Shown here in pieces: positions 43,946 through 52,006 of a stretch of DNA of 64,000 nt (position 1 is its first letter; every line of letters starts with the position of its first letter). The stretch is taken from the NCBI GenBank assembly GCA_041649755.1, contig JBAZMK010000004.1:19766-83765 (forward strand). The letters run 5' to 3'. The notes beneath the pieces were generated by a model that saw only the letters and a program-made list of their open reading frames with translations, searched no databases and had not been told where the DNA came from. The position numbers were made by a program, and so were the translations under genes. This DNA comes from Candidatus Pacearchaeota archaeon. GTDB taxonomy: Archaea > Nanobdellota > Nanobdellia > Pacearchaeales > GW2011-AR1.

Positions 43946-44750
43946 AGAGTGTTCTTAATAAAGCATATAGAATAAAAGCCATTAAAAAGGCCGGAACGAA
44001 TGGCAGGCCTTCTTTTATTTTAACTTTTTTCTTTTTGCTGAGTAATCTTACTTCTTCTTTACTCAGTCCCTCCCAAGAGTAGTTTATGACTTTTTTACCT
44101 ATTCTCTCTTTGTCAGCAAGCCAGTCTCCTTCTCTTAGGTCTTTTCCAGAAATTGTTTTCGTCATAGAGATATTTTCTAATCCTTTTGCGAATATGTAAA
44201 GCAGGGGAGAGATAAAAATAATTATAGAGAGTAGTTTAAAAATTAAAGAATTGCTTAGGAAATAAAATGCTACACTAATTATAGGGATTGCTAAAAGAAT
44301 TTTTTTGTGTTTTTTGATACCTTTTTTTATCTCTTTGTTTACTTTTTCTCTGTTTTTTATGTAAAGTATTGAGGAGTAGATTGTTCCGTAAATAGAACCA
44401 GAGACCATTAGAAATAAAATAAATATCCCAATATTTGTTGCACTCTCTATGAATTCCACTCCGATAAAAAAAGCACTCATTGCGAAAAGAAGTCCTGCGT
44501 CTCCTCCACCGAAAACTCTTCCATAATAAAAAATATTCATTATGACGAACATTATCGCTATTATGAATCCTGTGAGGAGTATTATTTCTGGGTTTTTTTC
44601 ATAGAGGGCTTTGTAGAATACATAAGAGAGGCTGATTAGGATTAAAAGTAAATTAAGCCAGTTGTCCACTTCTCTTCTTTTTAAATCCTGAAATGTTGCA
44701 ACCAAAATACCAATTAGAAAAAGCCAGAAGAGAAAGGTCAGTTCAATCAT
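43938..44750 (-). CDS. A24-family prepilin/preflagellin aspartyl peptidase
   Basis: First catalytic Asp context TFQDLKRREVDNWL, second in GGGDAGLLFAM; polytopic; extra C-terminal soluble domain. Terminal gene of the pilin array. Confidence 0.8.
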   Translation of the reverse strand: MIELTFLFWLFLIGILVATFQDLKRREVDNWLNLLLILISLSYVFYKALYEKNPEIILLTGFIIAIMFVIMNIFYYGRVFGGGDAGLLFAMSAFFIGVEFIESATNIGIFILFLMVSGSIYGTIYSSILYIKNREKVNKEIKKGIKKHKKILLAIPIISVAFYFLSNSLIFKLLSIIIFISPLLYIFAKGLENISMTKTISGKDLREGDWLADKERIGKKVINYSWEGLSKEEVRLLSKKKKVKIKEGLPFVPAFLMAFILYALLRTLFN

Positions 44751-44874
44751 TTTTTTTACCTTTTTCTGTTACATTTTGTGATCTAAACTTTCCGCCTTTT
44801 TTGTAACCTCTGGCTATTCTTTTTCTTTTCAAATCTTTCTTTGTTCTCCTTCTGTCTACACCACCATAATCCAT
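44743..44874 (-). CDS. Possible 43-aa highly basic micro-protein (not in ORF track)
   Basis: Own translation: MDYGGVDRRRTKKDLKRKRIARGYKKGGKFRSQNVTEKGKKND. Its ATG overlaps the stop of the upstream gene (TAATG) and its 3' end overlaps the first 8 nt of the peptidase gene, so it fills the only gap between them. Confidence 0.3.
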   Translation of the reverse strand: MDYGGVDRRRTKKDLKRKRIARGYKKGGKFRSQNVTEKGKKND

Positions 44875-45425
44875 TATTTTTCTCCTATGATAAATTTATT
44901 TTCTTTGAAACTTATTAAATATGTCTTACTTGTTGTGAAAGAAACTTCCACCGGGAAGTTTATTTTGTTTTCTTTCTTCGCGTTTAAATATTTTCTCTTT
45001 TCTAATTTTGCGCGATTAAGAATGATTGTTTTTTCTTTTTCGTTGTATTCTGCAGAGTAAATACTTTTAATGAAGTCTTCTTCGTTTGCTCTTGCTTCAT
45101 TTTCGTATATATAATCTTTGAATAAAAATTCTTTCATTTGCTCTTCCGACTTTATCTTTTTTATGAGTTCATTTGTGAATTGTTGTGTGAAGGTATCACT
45201 TATTTCAAATGTATTTTTAGTTTCTTTTAATGTTTCTAAAATTATTTCTTTTTCTCTTATTTCAAAAAGTTCTAAATCGTCTCTTAGTTCTAAAATAGTA
45301 TTTGGCGAGACAAGAGAACTACGAGCCTCTGATTGCTGGACAAAGTAGGTGTAGATAATAAAGGCGCATAAGAAACCCATAAAAACTACAAGATAGATTT
45401 CAAAGAATTGTCCTTTATTTTTCAT
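44874..45425 (-). CDS. Pilin-like protein (class III signal: MKNKGQ-FFEIYLVVFMGFL)
   Basis: Short basic leader ending KGQ, then a hydrophobic helix; overlaps the upstream gene by 11 nt. Confidence 0.55.
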   Translation of the reverse strand: MKNKGQFFEIYLVVFMGFLCAFIIYTYFVQQSEARSSLVSPNTILELRDDLELFEIREKEIILETLKETKNTFEISDTFTQQFTNELIKKIKSEEQMKEFLFKDYIYENEARANEEDFIKSIYSAEYNEKEKTIILNRAKLEKRKYLNAKKENKINFPVEVSFTTSKTYLISFKENKFIIGEK

Positions 45426-45690
45426 AGTTAGCCTCCTTTATCGCGTTTTCTAATGAAAATCCTTTGTTTATGAAGAATCTTATTTTTGTAAGACCGAGAT
45501 ATTTAATCATATATTCTTGTATATTGTCAAGGTCTAAGTCGGCAGAGGTATAAATTTTTAGTCCCGCGTTTGAATTATCAATTTCTTTTATTGTAGAGGA
45601 ACTTATCACAAAAATTAGTAAGATAATTACTATGGCAATTGTTGCGATGAACAGTGTGAAAGTTTTTCCAATAACTGCCTTATTATTCAT
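45415..45690 (-). CDS. Pilin-like protein (MNNKA-VIGKTFTLFIATIAIVIILLIF)
   Basis: Leader and hydrophobic helix similar to the next gene (KKAVMGETVF); overlapping gene boundaries. Confidence 0.5.
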   Translation of the reverse strand: MNNKAVIGKTFTLFIATIAIVIILLIFVISSSTIKEIDNSNAGLKIYTSADLDLDNIQEYMIKYLGLTKIRFFINKGFSLENAIKEANYEK

Positions 45691-46171
45691 TTACTAAAAC
45701 CTCCACTTTCATTATTATTTCTTCTCCGTTATTCTTGTTATATAAGGGGTATTCTGAAAGATAGTATCCTGGGGCGTATTTTTCTATTGATTTGACGTTT
45801 TCTTTTTGTTTTTCATAGAGGTCTTTTACCCACATTGCTCCGTCGTCTCCCTGATAGACGCTTTTTATGATGTTGCCAGAGTTATCCAAAAAATTTACTT
45901 TGACGAAGAACCTTTCTATTTCTTTTTCTTCATATCCGCAAAAGGACAGGACTTTTCTTTCTTCAACTTCTTCAAAGTTTTTTTCTTCTAATGTGAAGCA
46001 ATCTGCTATCTGGCGAGTCATGATTAAGGCTTCAGCAGGTCTTACTAAAATATAATGTGAATAAAAAACAGAGGAAACGCCTAGAACTGCTAGGGCGATG
46101 AGAGTTATTAAAATGAGGCGATACATCATGAAGACTGTTTCACCCATCACGGCTTTTTTATTTGACTTCAT
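45683..46171 (-). CDS. Pilin-like protein (MKSNKKA-VMGETVFMMYRLILITLIALAVL)
   Basis: Basic leader plus hydrophobic helix; 4-nt overlap with the upstream gene. Confidence 0.5.
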   Translation of the reverse strand: MKSNKKAVMGETVFMMYRLILITLIALAVLGVSSVFYSHYILVRPAEALIMTRQIADCFTLEEKNFEEVEERKVLSFCGYEEKEIERFFVKVNFLDNSGNIIKSVYQGDDGAMWVKDLYEKQKENVKSIEKYAPGYYLSEYPLYNKNNGEEIIMKVEVLVNE

Positions 46172-46518
46172 TCTATTTTTATGATGAATTTATTTGGAGT
46201 TTCTTCTATGTTAACAGAATATTTTGTGAAATAAGGATAGCCGTTAAAAGAAGTCAGACCTTCAATTTCTATATAGATTCTTCCGTCTTTTAATTCTATT
46301 TTCCGAATTATCCCATTTATGTTATCCTTAGATATTTCTATGTTTGTATAGGGGATTGCAGAGTCTATTAGTAAGGCTGTTTGTTTTTCTAAGACCTGCT
46401 GACGAACCCCTCTTGCATTAATCTTTTCTGAGGTCGCCATGAAGAAAATTGCTAAAATTAATCCGGCTAATATGATATGGATTATAACTTCGTGCATAAT
46501 CTCAGCTCTTTTTTTCAT
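46168..46518 (-). CDS. Pilin-like protein (MKKRA-EIMHEVIIHIILAGLILAIFF)
   Basis: Leader KKRA followed by E....E and a hydrophobic helix; same signature as the 47482 and 47376 genes. Confidence 0.55.
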   Translation of the reverse strand: MKKRAEIMHEVIIHIILAGLILAIFFMATSEKINARGVRQQVLEKQTALLIDSAIPYTNIEISKDNINGIIRKIELKDGRIYIEIEGLTSFNGYPYFTKYSVNIEETPNKFIIKIE

Positions 46519-46552
46519 GTTTTAATAAATAGAGTAGCGTTAATAAAATTAT

Positions 46553-47356
46553 CTAAGCAGGGATTGTAAGGAATTCACAATCCAATTCATTAATTTTGTC
46601 TTTTGGTATAAGCAAGATATATTTGTATTCTTTATCTTCCTCTCCAATTAACCTTGAAAGATAGTTAATTATGTTTTCCCCTAAAATTCCTTTAAGTAAA
46701 CTTATTACTCTTGCGGTTTTTCCAGTTACATAGACTGCCATAAGGTCATTGTCATTAGGATAGAATTTTACTTCATTGTCAACTGCTACAAAGTTCTCGG
46801 GGAGTTCTCCTTCTTCTGATTTTAGATAAAGGGGGAGGTAAGAATTGTAAACATTTCCTGAGTTTTTTTCTTTGCTTGTGCGATAATATTTTGCGAAGCT
46901 TTCTATTGAAAAATCGTTTTCGTTGTAATTTTCTCTTGATTTAGGAGTGTAACTAATTCTTGCAAAAACCATACAGTAAGAGTTTCCTGATAAGAATTTT
47001 TTTGGCACAATATCAAATTCTCCTTCTCCAAATAGATTCCAACCAGCGTAGAGGGTGTCCGAAATTTTTTTATAAACTTTCTCAGGCTTTGCGGTATCTA
47101 TGGTTACAACTTCTGTTTTGCATTTTAAAGGAAAAGCGTCTTTCAAATCTGCTAGTGAAATGTCGCCAGATTTAAATTCGGGAGATATTGAACGGAGATA
47201 GATACTCTGCCTGCATTCCTGCCAGTTAAGTTCGTCCGAAGATATATATGAAAAGATGTAGTTAAAAGAGATAGACAGGACTAGAAGCCCTAGTATCAGA
47301 GAGATTATTATATAATATTTCCCTGAACCTTTTTTTTCCATTTTAGGATTAAACAA
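46553..47356 (-). CDS. Pilin-like / N-terminally anchored protein (..MEKKG-SGKYYIIISLILGLLVLSI)
   Basis: KKG leader and hydrophobic helix, 267 aa with a Cys-containing globular part. Confidence 0.45.
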   Translation of the reverse strand: MFNPKMEKKGSGKYYIIISLILGLLVLSISFNYIFSYISSDELNWQECRQSIYLRSISPEFKSGDISLADLKDAFPLKCKTEVVTIDTAKPEKVYKKISDTLYAGWNLFGEGEFDIVPKKFLSGNSYCMVFARISYTPKSRENYNENDFSIESFAKYYRTSKEKNSGNVYNSYLPLYLKSEEGELPENFVAVDNEVKFYPNDNDLMAVYVTGKTARVISLLKGILGENIINYLSRLIGEEDKEYKYILLIPKDKINELDCEFLTIPA

Positions 47357-47375
47357 AAAGGATTAATAAAAGTAT

Positions 47376-47498
47376 CTAAGCAAGGTTACCTACAATTTTG
47401 TATACAGAAAAACTAACAGCTGTTAAGAGGGCTATGTAGAGAATCCACTTTATTATCTCTTCGGAAGTTATGTGGGCTTTTTTATTCTTGTATGACAT
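47376..47498 (-). CDS. 40-aa mini-pilin-like ORF (not in ORF track)
   Basis: Own translation: MSYKNKKAHITSEEIIKWILYIALLTAVSFSVYKIVGNLA. The leader NKKA-HITSEEII mirrors NKKA-ELTTHEIL of the upstream gene and KKRA-EIMHEVII of 46168-46518. It overlaps the 3' end of the 161-aa gene by 17 nt. Confidence 0.45.
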   Translation of the reverse strand: MSYKNKKAHITSEEIIKWILYIALLTAVSFSVYKIVGNLA

Positions 47499-47967
47499 GG
47501 TAAAAATTTTCACTAGGTAATTTAATTATTCTTACTTCTTCGTTTAATCCTAAATGGAACTGGTTGTATTGTTCATCTTTTTTTAGGGGGTATTTTAGAT
47601 TCTCGCAGTAGTTGCAAAAGGTTTCTTGGTCTTTTGTATAACATAGACAGATATGGTTTGAGTTTTCTCCTATGGAAAAGAATTCTTGAGAGTCTTTTTC
47701 GTAAGAGATTGTTGTTCCAAAATATATTAAGAAGTAATTTACTTCTTTTTCCGGCTGCCAAATTTTGAAGATTCCTGTTCCGCCTTTTTCGGCAGTTTCA
47801 ACAGACTCCTTAAACGAATTAAAATAAGACTCGGCGGTTTTTTCTTCAACATTAAATTTTGGTGAGATTAGGTTGTATAATAAAATTGCGACAACTGTTA
47901 TTCCTGCTATTGCTAAGATTAGTTCTAAGATTTCATGAGTGGTTAATTCTGCTTTTTTATTTAACAT
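47482..47967 (-). CDS. Pilin-like protein (MLNKKA-ELTTHEILELILAIAGITVVAILL)
   Basis: Basic leader plus hydrophobic helix; Cys-containing C-domain; 7-nt overlap with the upstream gene. Confidence 0.55.
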   Translation of the reverse strand: MLNKKAELTTHEILELILAIAGITVVAILLYNLISPKFNVEEKTAESYFNSFKESVETAEKGGTGIFKIWQPEKEVNYFLIYFGTTISYEKDSQEFFSIGENSNHICLCYTKDQETFCNYCENLKYPLKKDEQYNQFHLGLNEEVRIIKLPSENFYHVIQE

Positions 47968-49187
47968 CTTTTCTTTAGATAGTCATATACTAAATTTAAT
48001 TTTTTAATGTCCTCCCATTCTTCATCATTTATAGACATAAATTCATCATATTCAGATATAGTGAATCCGCCATTGGAGTTTTCTTTTACTAAGTGCAATT
48101 CCCCGTCATAATAAAGACCGAACTTTTCTTCTGCCGTTTCAAAATAAAATATTTGGTATTGATATTTGCCTATTATAGATTTGATAATCTTGTAGTCTAA
48201 ATTTTTGCCATCAAAATAAATGAGGACGCTGTTTGGGTTTTCTTTTAGTAAATTAATTCCATCTTTTTGTCTTGTTAAGTTTCTGTCCCATTCATTCAGT
48301 TTTCTAATAATCCATATTCTAAATTCTTCTGCGCTTTCTGTTGGTTTTGGAGCGAGAAATCCCCCTCCAGATTTTCCAAGTTCTTCTGAGAGTGGTTTTT
48401 TCCATCCGTCATTTTCTCCGTTTTCTTCTAATTTGTATCTCCAAGAAACTTTGTTTCCATTTATGAAAGAGTTTTCTAAGTCTTCTAAGATTCCGCTTTC
48501 AGGATTTGTTGTATACCTTCCGTAGAATAAAGTCCATTTTTCTCCATCCCATCTATAAGTCTTGTCCGGGCTCCAAATTTTGAACTCTAGATAATTATTC
48601 GGTAAAAATCCTAAGATGTCTTGCAACTTGTTGTAATCTTTTATCTTATAGAGAGACTCGTAGTCTTCATCACTTCCTATTCCTAATGCTCCGTTAAATG
48701 AAGTTATTAGTGTCTTGTAAGCTTCCCTTTCTTTTTCAACTTTTGTTAAGTCTTCTAAAGGGATAATGTTTTCATCTTCACAGAATTCTTTTTGGTCTTT
48801 TGTTTTTAGCAAGAATTTGCAATCTACCTTGTCTCTTTTAAATGTCCTTTCTCCTAATGCTAATCTGAAAGAATTCATTTTTATAGTGTTACCAATCGGT
48901 TCCTCCAGACTTATATTACATTCTGTTTTGCAGAGGGTTAAGAGTCCCGCTCCAATATCTTCTATGTTTGTTCCCCCATAGATACATTCTGTTTCATAAG
49001 GGTCATCCGTTCCAGCGAGTTTATTTAAAAGTATTAAAACTTCGTCGAATTTCCCCCCAGTTTTTTCCAATAAAGGTACTAGTTGTCCACTAATAAGACC
49101 TGAAATAATTAAGATTATAATTATAATAACAAGAATTAAAGAGAATACTTTTCCAAAAGTCCAGTCAATAGAACTTTTTTTTTGCAT
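47961..49187 (-). CDS. Large N-terminally anchored pilus-associated protein (tip/adhesin candidate)
   Basis: MQKKSSIDWTFGKVFSLILVIIIIILIISGL, then a 370-aa Cys/W-rich ectodomain. Its ATG overlaps the stop of the 48-aa ORF (TAATG). Confidence 0.5.
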   Translation of the reverse strand: MQKKSSIDWTFGKVFSLILVIIIIILIISGLISGQLVPLLEKTGGKFDEVLILLNKLAGTDDPYETECIYGGTNIEDIGAGLLTLCKTECNISLEEPIGNTIKMNSFRLALGERTFKRDKVDCKFLLKTKDQKEFCEDENIIPLEDLTKVEKEREAYKTLITSFNGALGIGSDEDYESLYKIKDYNKLQDILGFLPNNYLEFKIWSPDKTYRWDGEKWTLFYGRYTTNPESGILEDLENSFINGNKVSWRYKLEENGENDGWKKPLSEELGKSGGGFLAPKPTESAEEFRIWIIRKLNEWDRNLTRQKDGINLLKENPNSVLIYFDGKNLDYKIIKSIIGKYQYQIFYFETAEEKFGLYYDGELHLVKENSNGGFTISEYDEFMSINDEEWEDIKKLNLVYDYLKKRC

Positions 49188-49333
49188 TATTTTCCAAACC
49201 TCATTAAGTTTCTTATAGCTTCTAAGACTTCACTCCCTTTTCCGCTAAGAAGGAAGATAACTCCAAAAATGAGAACTACTAATATAATCACCGCAATAAT
49301 AATTTTACCTATTTCACTTGTCGCCTCTGTCAT
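49187..49333 (-). CDS. 48-aa single-helix membrane micro-protein (not in ORF track)
   Basis: Own codon-by-codon translation: MTEATSEIGKIIIAVIILVVLIFGVIFLLSGKGSEVLEAIRNLMRFGK. It fills the gap between the 117-aa pilin and the 408-aa gene, and its stop overlaps the next ATG. Confidence 0.4.
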   Translation of the reverse strand: MTEATSEIGKIIIAVIILVVLIFGVIFLLSGKGSEVLEAIRNLMRFGK

Positions 49334-49376
49334 ATACTAAATATAAAATAGAACTTAATAAAGATTTTGGAGGGGA

Positions 49377-49730
49377 TTAACAGTTAAACTTATTGCACGG
49401 ACTTGCTACTCCTGCAGGAATCTTCTTACCTTGGTCTCCAGTTACTAGCTCATTACAGGTTGTTGTGATTGCATCGTCTTTTTCATTGAAAACTACGCTT
49501 CTTTCTTGTGTGCAGAAGGCATAACTATTTCCTTGTTCACAAGCTAAGACGCAGGCAGTCCTAATTGTGTCAACGTTAACTTTTCCTCCGCCGAGACCAG
49601 TTACTCTCTGCCATAGGTTCCCCCAACCAGTGCTAAATCCGTAGATGAGGAATATCAAAACAACGACACCGAGAACGATTAGTATAATTGTTCCGAGAGT
49701 TAGTTCTTGTCCTTTTTTATCACCCTTCAT
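49377..49730 (-). CDS. Candidate major pilin (class III signal MKGDKKGQ-ELTLGTIILIVLGVVVLIFLIYGF)
   Basis: The KGQ leader resembles the archaeal class III signal (KGQ.S.E). Small (117 aa), six Cys in the globular head, first gene after the platform protein. Confidence 0.6.
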   Translation of the reverse strand: MKGDKKGQELTLGTIILIVLGVVVLIFLIYGFSTGWGNLWQRVTGLGGGKVNVDTIRTACVLACEQGNSYAFCTQERSVVFNEKDDAITTTCNELVTGDQGKKIPAGVASPCNKFNC

Positions 49731-49761
49731 ATTTTTCTTAATGCCTTCTTATTTATAAATG

Positions 49762-51918
49762 TTATGCTAATCCGGAGAGGGCTATAGAACCTATGAGGCT
49801 AAGTCCTACAATAGATAAGAGTGCCACGATGAAATAGAGGGTCATTGTTTTTTTGAGGTTTTTTCCAGTTTCCGCGGTGGTTTGGAGTTCGTCTTTTCCA
49901 GATTTTATTGTTACAAGGGTTGAAGTTAATATGAAGACGATTTCGATTAAATAGAAACCGATGACTATCTGGAGCCAGTAAGTTGGAATCATTAGAACAG
50001 GGTCAAAGAAGCCTAAAAGCCCTGTTATTCCTTCTGCACCGAGCAGTTCTTCGCTTCCCACGCCAGATTCCATCATCGCAGAGATTGAGCCAAGTATACT
50101 AGAAATCATTCCAGAGAGTCCGAGAATTATTCCGGAAAGGAGCGGAGCCAGGAAAGTCATATTGGATTTCATGTCCGAAGTTATTTCTGCTAGTAAATCG
50201 TTTAGTCTGTCGTTAATTTTTCTGATGTTTTTTACGTAATCGCTTATAGACATTAAGCTTCTTGCGGCGACATTTAGACCTTTTTTCACAGATTCTACTA
50301 AAATCTTCATTGAAGTTGCGATGATTTGAGAAGGATAGAAAATTATAGCTCCTCTTCGCGGGTCGAATAGTGCTCTTTCAAGATTCATTCCGAGTTGTTG
50401 TATATTTTCATTTACAATTTTGAAGAAGCCTTCAGTGGAAGTTCCTTTAGTTGATTCGCTTACTTTTGAGAAGGCGATTTCTGCGGGGAGTCCATCACCC
50501 AGTCGGTTTCCTAACTGGAACAGGGAGGAAGTAAATTCTTTTTCTACGTTTTTGTATTCTTCTCTTGATTTTATTAGTTCTTTTGTCTTTGTTTTGAACG
50601 CCACAATGAATATTATGGCTATAGATATTGGAATAAAAAGACTTAGAATTAGTGATAGGGTTCCTGAGGGTCCGTATAAAACTCCGTTAGGTCCCACAAT
50701 TCCAAAAATTCCAGAAGAGCCCATAAATCCAAGACCTATTTGTTCCCAAGTGTAATCTCTTGCTAACCCAAGCCATATTGGCAGGTTTGTGTAACGCCAG
50801 AAGAAAGGGATAAGTCCGAGAAGTAAAAAAGGCAGACCTAAGATGAAACCTGTAAAATAGGGCTTGTTGCTTTTATATTGGGAGTATAATGGATTTTTTT
50901 CAAGAAGAGTTGCTTCCCCGTATCCACCAGGTCTTTTCATTAAGACTCCCCAAGTAAGATATAGAACCATAAAAGGGATAATTAAGTTGAAAATTACAAA
51001 TAAGTGATACCATTTTATTGAGCCCCCCATCATCGTTGAGGCTAAGGGTAGAATTGCTAGTGCGAGTGTTGGAAGAACAATCCCCAGCATGTAGATATTG
51101 GTAAGTGGGGAGCGGACTTCGTGGGTGTATTTGAGCATTTTGTCATAAACTCCATCGAGTATTACCTGCAATGATTTTTCTAAGATATTTATTCTTCTAA
51201 GTTCGTCAGGTTCGTAAAGGCTGGATTCAACAAGATGAAGAGATTCAATAAATTCCATACTGTAATCTTTCCATCCAAGAAGATAATTGTCCAGACTTTC
51301 TTTTAATGTGGAGAATCTTCCAATTTCTACGTCCCAAAAGATTTTTTTAAAATCCAGAGAAAGTGGTGGCTGGAGGTGGTCAGAGGCAAATGAAATGGCC
51401 TTTTCAAAGTTTGAGGTATGTTTCATATAGATTACTATATACAAAATTGCTGGAACCATTTGACTGCTTGCTTTGAGACGCCATTTCATTGCGAGTCTTT
51501 CGGGAGTTTTTGAAGAGTAAAAGAAAAGGAAGACTGCAAGGATGAAAACTAGAAATAAAAACATAAAAGAGAATGTTTCTGTAATCATCCAAATTGCAGT
51601 AAAAAATAGAGCTCCGCCGAATAAAATGAGAAATAATATAACGGTGGACAGAACGAGCACTTCTGAAGGAGTTATATTTAAATGAGCTATTTCAATTGCT
51701 TTTGAGATTCTATTTTTGTCTTTTTCTCCAACTTTTATTCTGAATAAACTACCAAGACTTTTACACCATTTTTCATATTTTGTAAATTCAGGAGACATTT
51801 CTTCTCTGAATTTTTCATAACTTTTACTATATTTTTGTGATGAATTAGAGTCGTAACCCTTCATCTGTTTTTCTATTTTAGAACTATATCTTCTTAATAT
51901 TTCATCTGTGCTCGTCAT
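49762..51918 (-). CDS. Polytopic membrane platform protein, T2SS-F / FlaJ / TadC-like (two repeats)
   Basis: 718 aa with two units of cytoplasmic helical domain followed by TM helices. First unit: ERLAMKWRLKASSQMVPAILYIVIYMKHTSNFEKAISFASDHL..PLSLDFKKI..DVEIG. Second unit: FTSSLFQLGNRLGDGLPAEIAFSKVSEST...LERALFD. This matches the T2SS-F domain organisation. Assigned by pattern, not by search. Confidence 0.6.
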   Translation of the reverse strand: MTSTDEILRRYSSKIEKQMKGYDSNSSQKYSKSYEKFREEMSPEFTKYEKWCKSLGSLFRIKVGEKDKNRISKAIEIAHLNITPSEVLVLSTVILFLILFGGALFFTAIWMITETFSFMFLFLVFILAVFLFFYSSKTPERLAMKWRLKASSQMVPAILYIVIYMKHTSNFEKAISFASDHLQPPLSLDFKKIFWDVEIGRFSTLKESLDNYLLGWKDYSMEFIESLHLVESSLYEPDELRRINILEKSLQVILDGVYDKMLKYTHEVRSPLTNIYMLGIVLPTLALAILPLASTMMGGSIKWYHLFVIFNLIIPFMVLYLTWGVLMKRPGGYGEATLLEKNPLYSQYKSNKPYFTGFILGLPFLLLGLIPFFWRYTNLPIWLGLARDYTWEQIGLGFMGSSGIFGIVGPNGVLYGPSGTLSLILSLFIPISIAIIFIVAFKTKTKELIKSREEYKNVEKEFTSSLFQLGNRLGDGLPAEIAFSKVSESTKGTSTEGFFKIVNENIQQLGMNLERALFDPRRGAIIFYPSQIIATSMKILVESVKKGLNVAARSLMSISDYVKNIRKINDRLNDLLAEITSDMKSNMTFLAPLLSGIILGLSGMISSILGSISAMMESGVGSEELLGAEGITGLLGFFDPVLMIPTYWLQIVIGFYLIEIVFILTSTLVTIKSGKDELQTTAETGKNLKKTMTLYFIVALLSIVGLSLIGSIALSGLA

Positions 51919-52006
51919 TTTCCCCCAACCTCTAAGATATTATCAAAGGGGACTTTATATTTTTAATGTTAGTCATTAATTATGGGTTATTTGTTGTTAA
52001 TTATAT

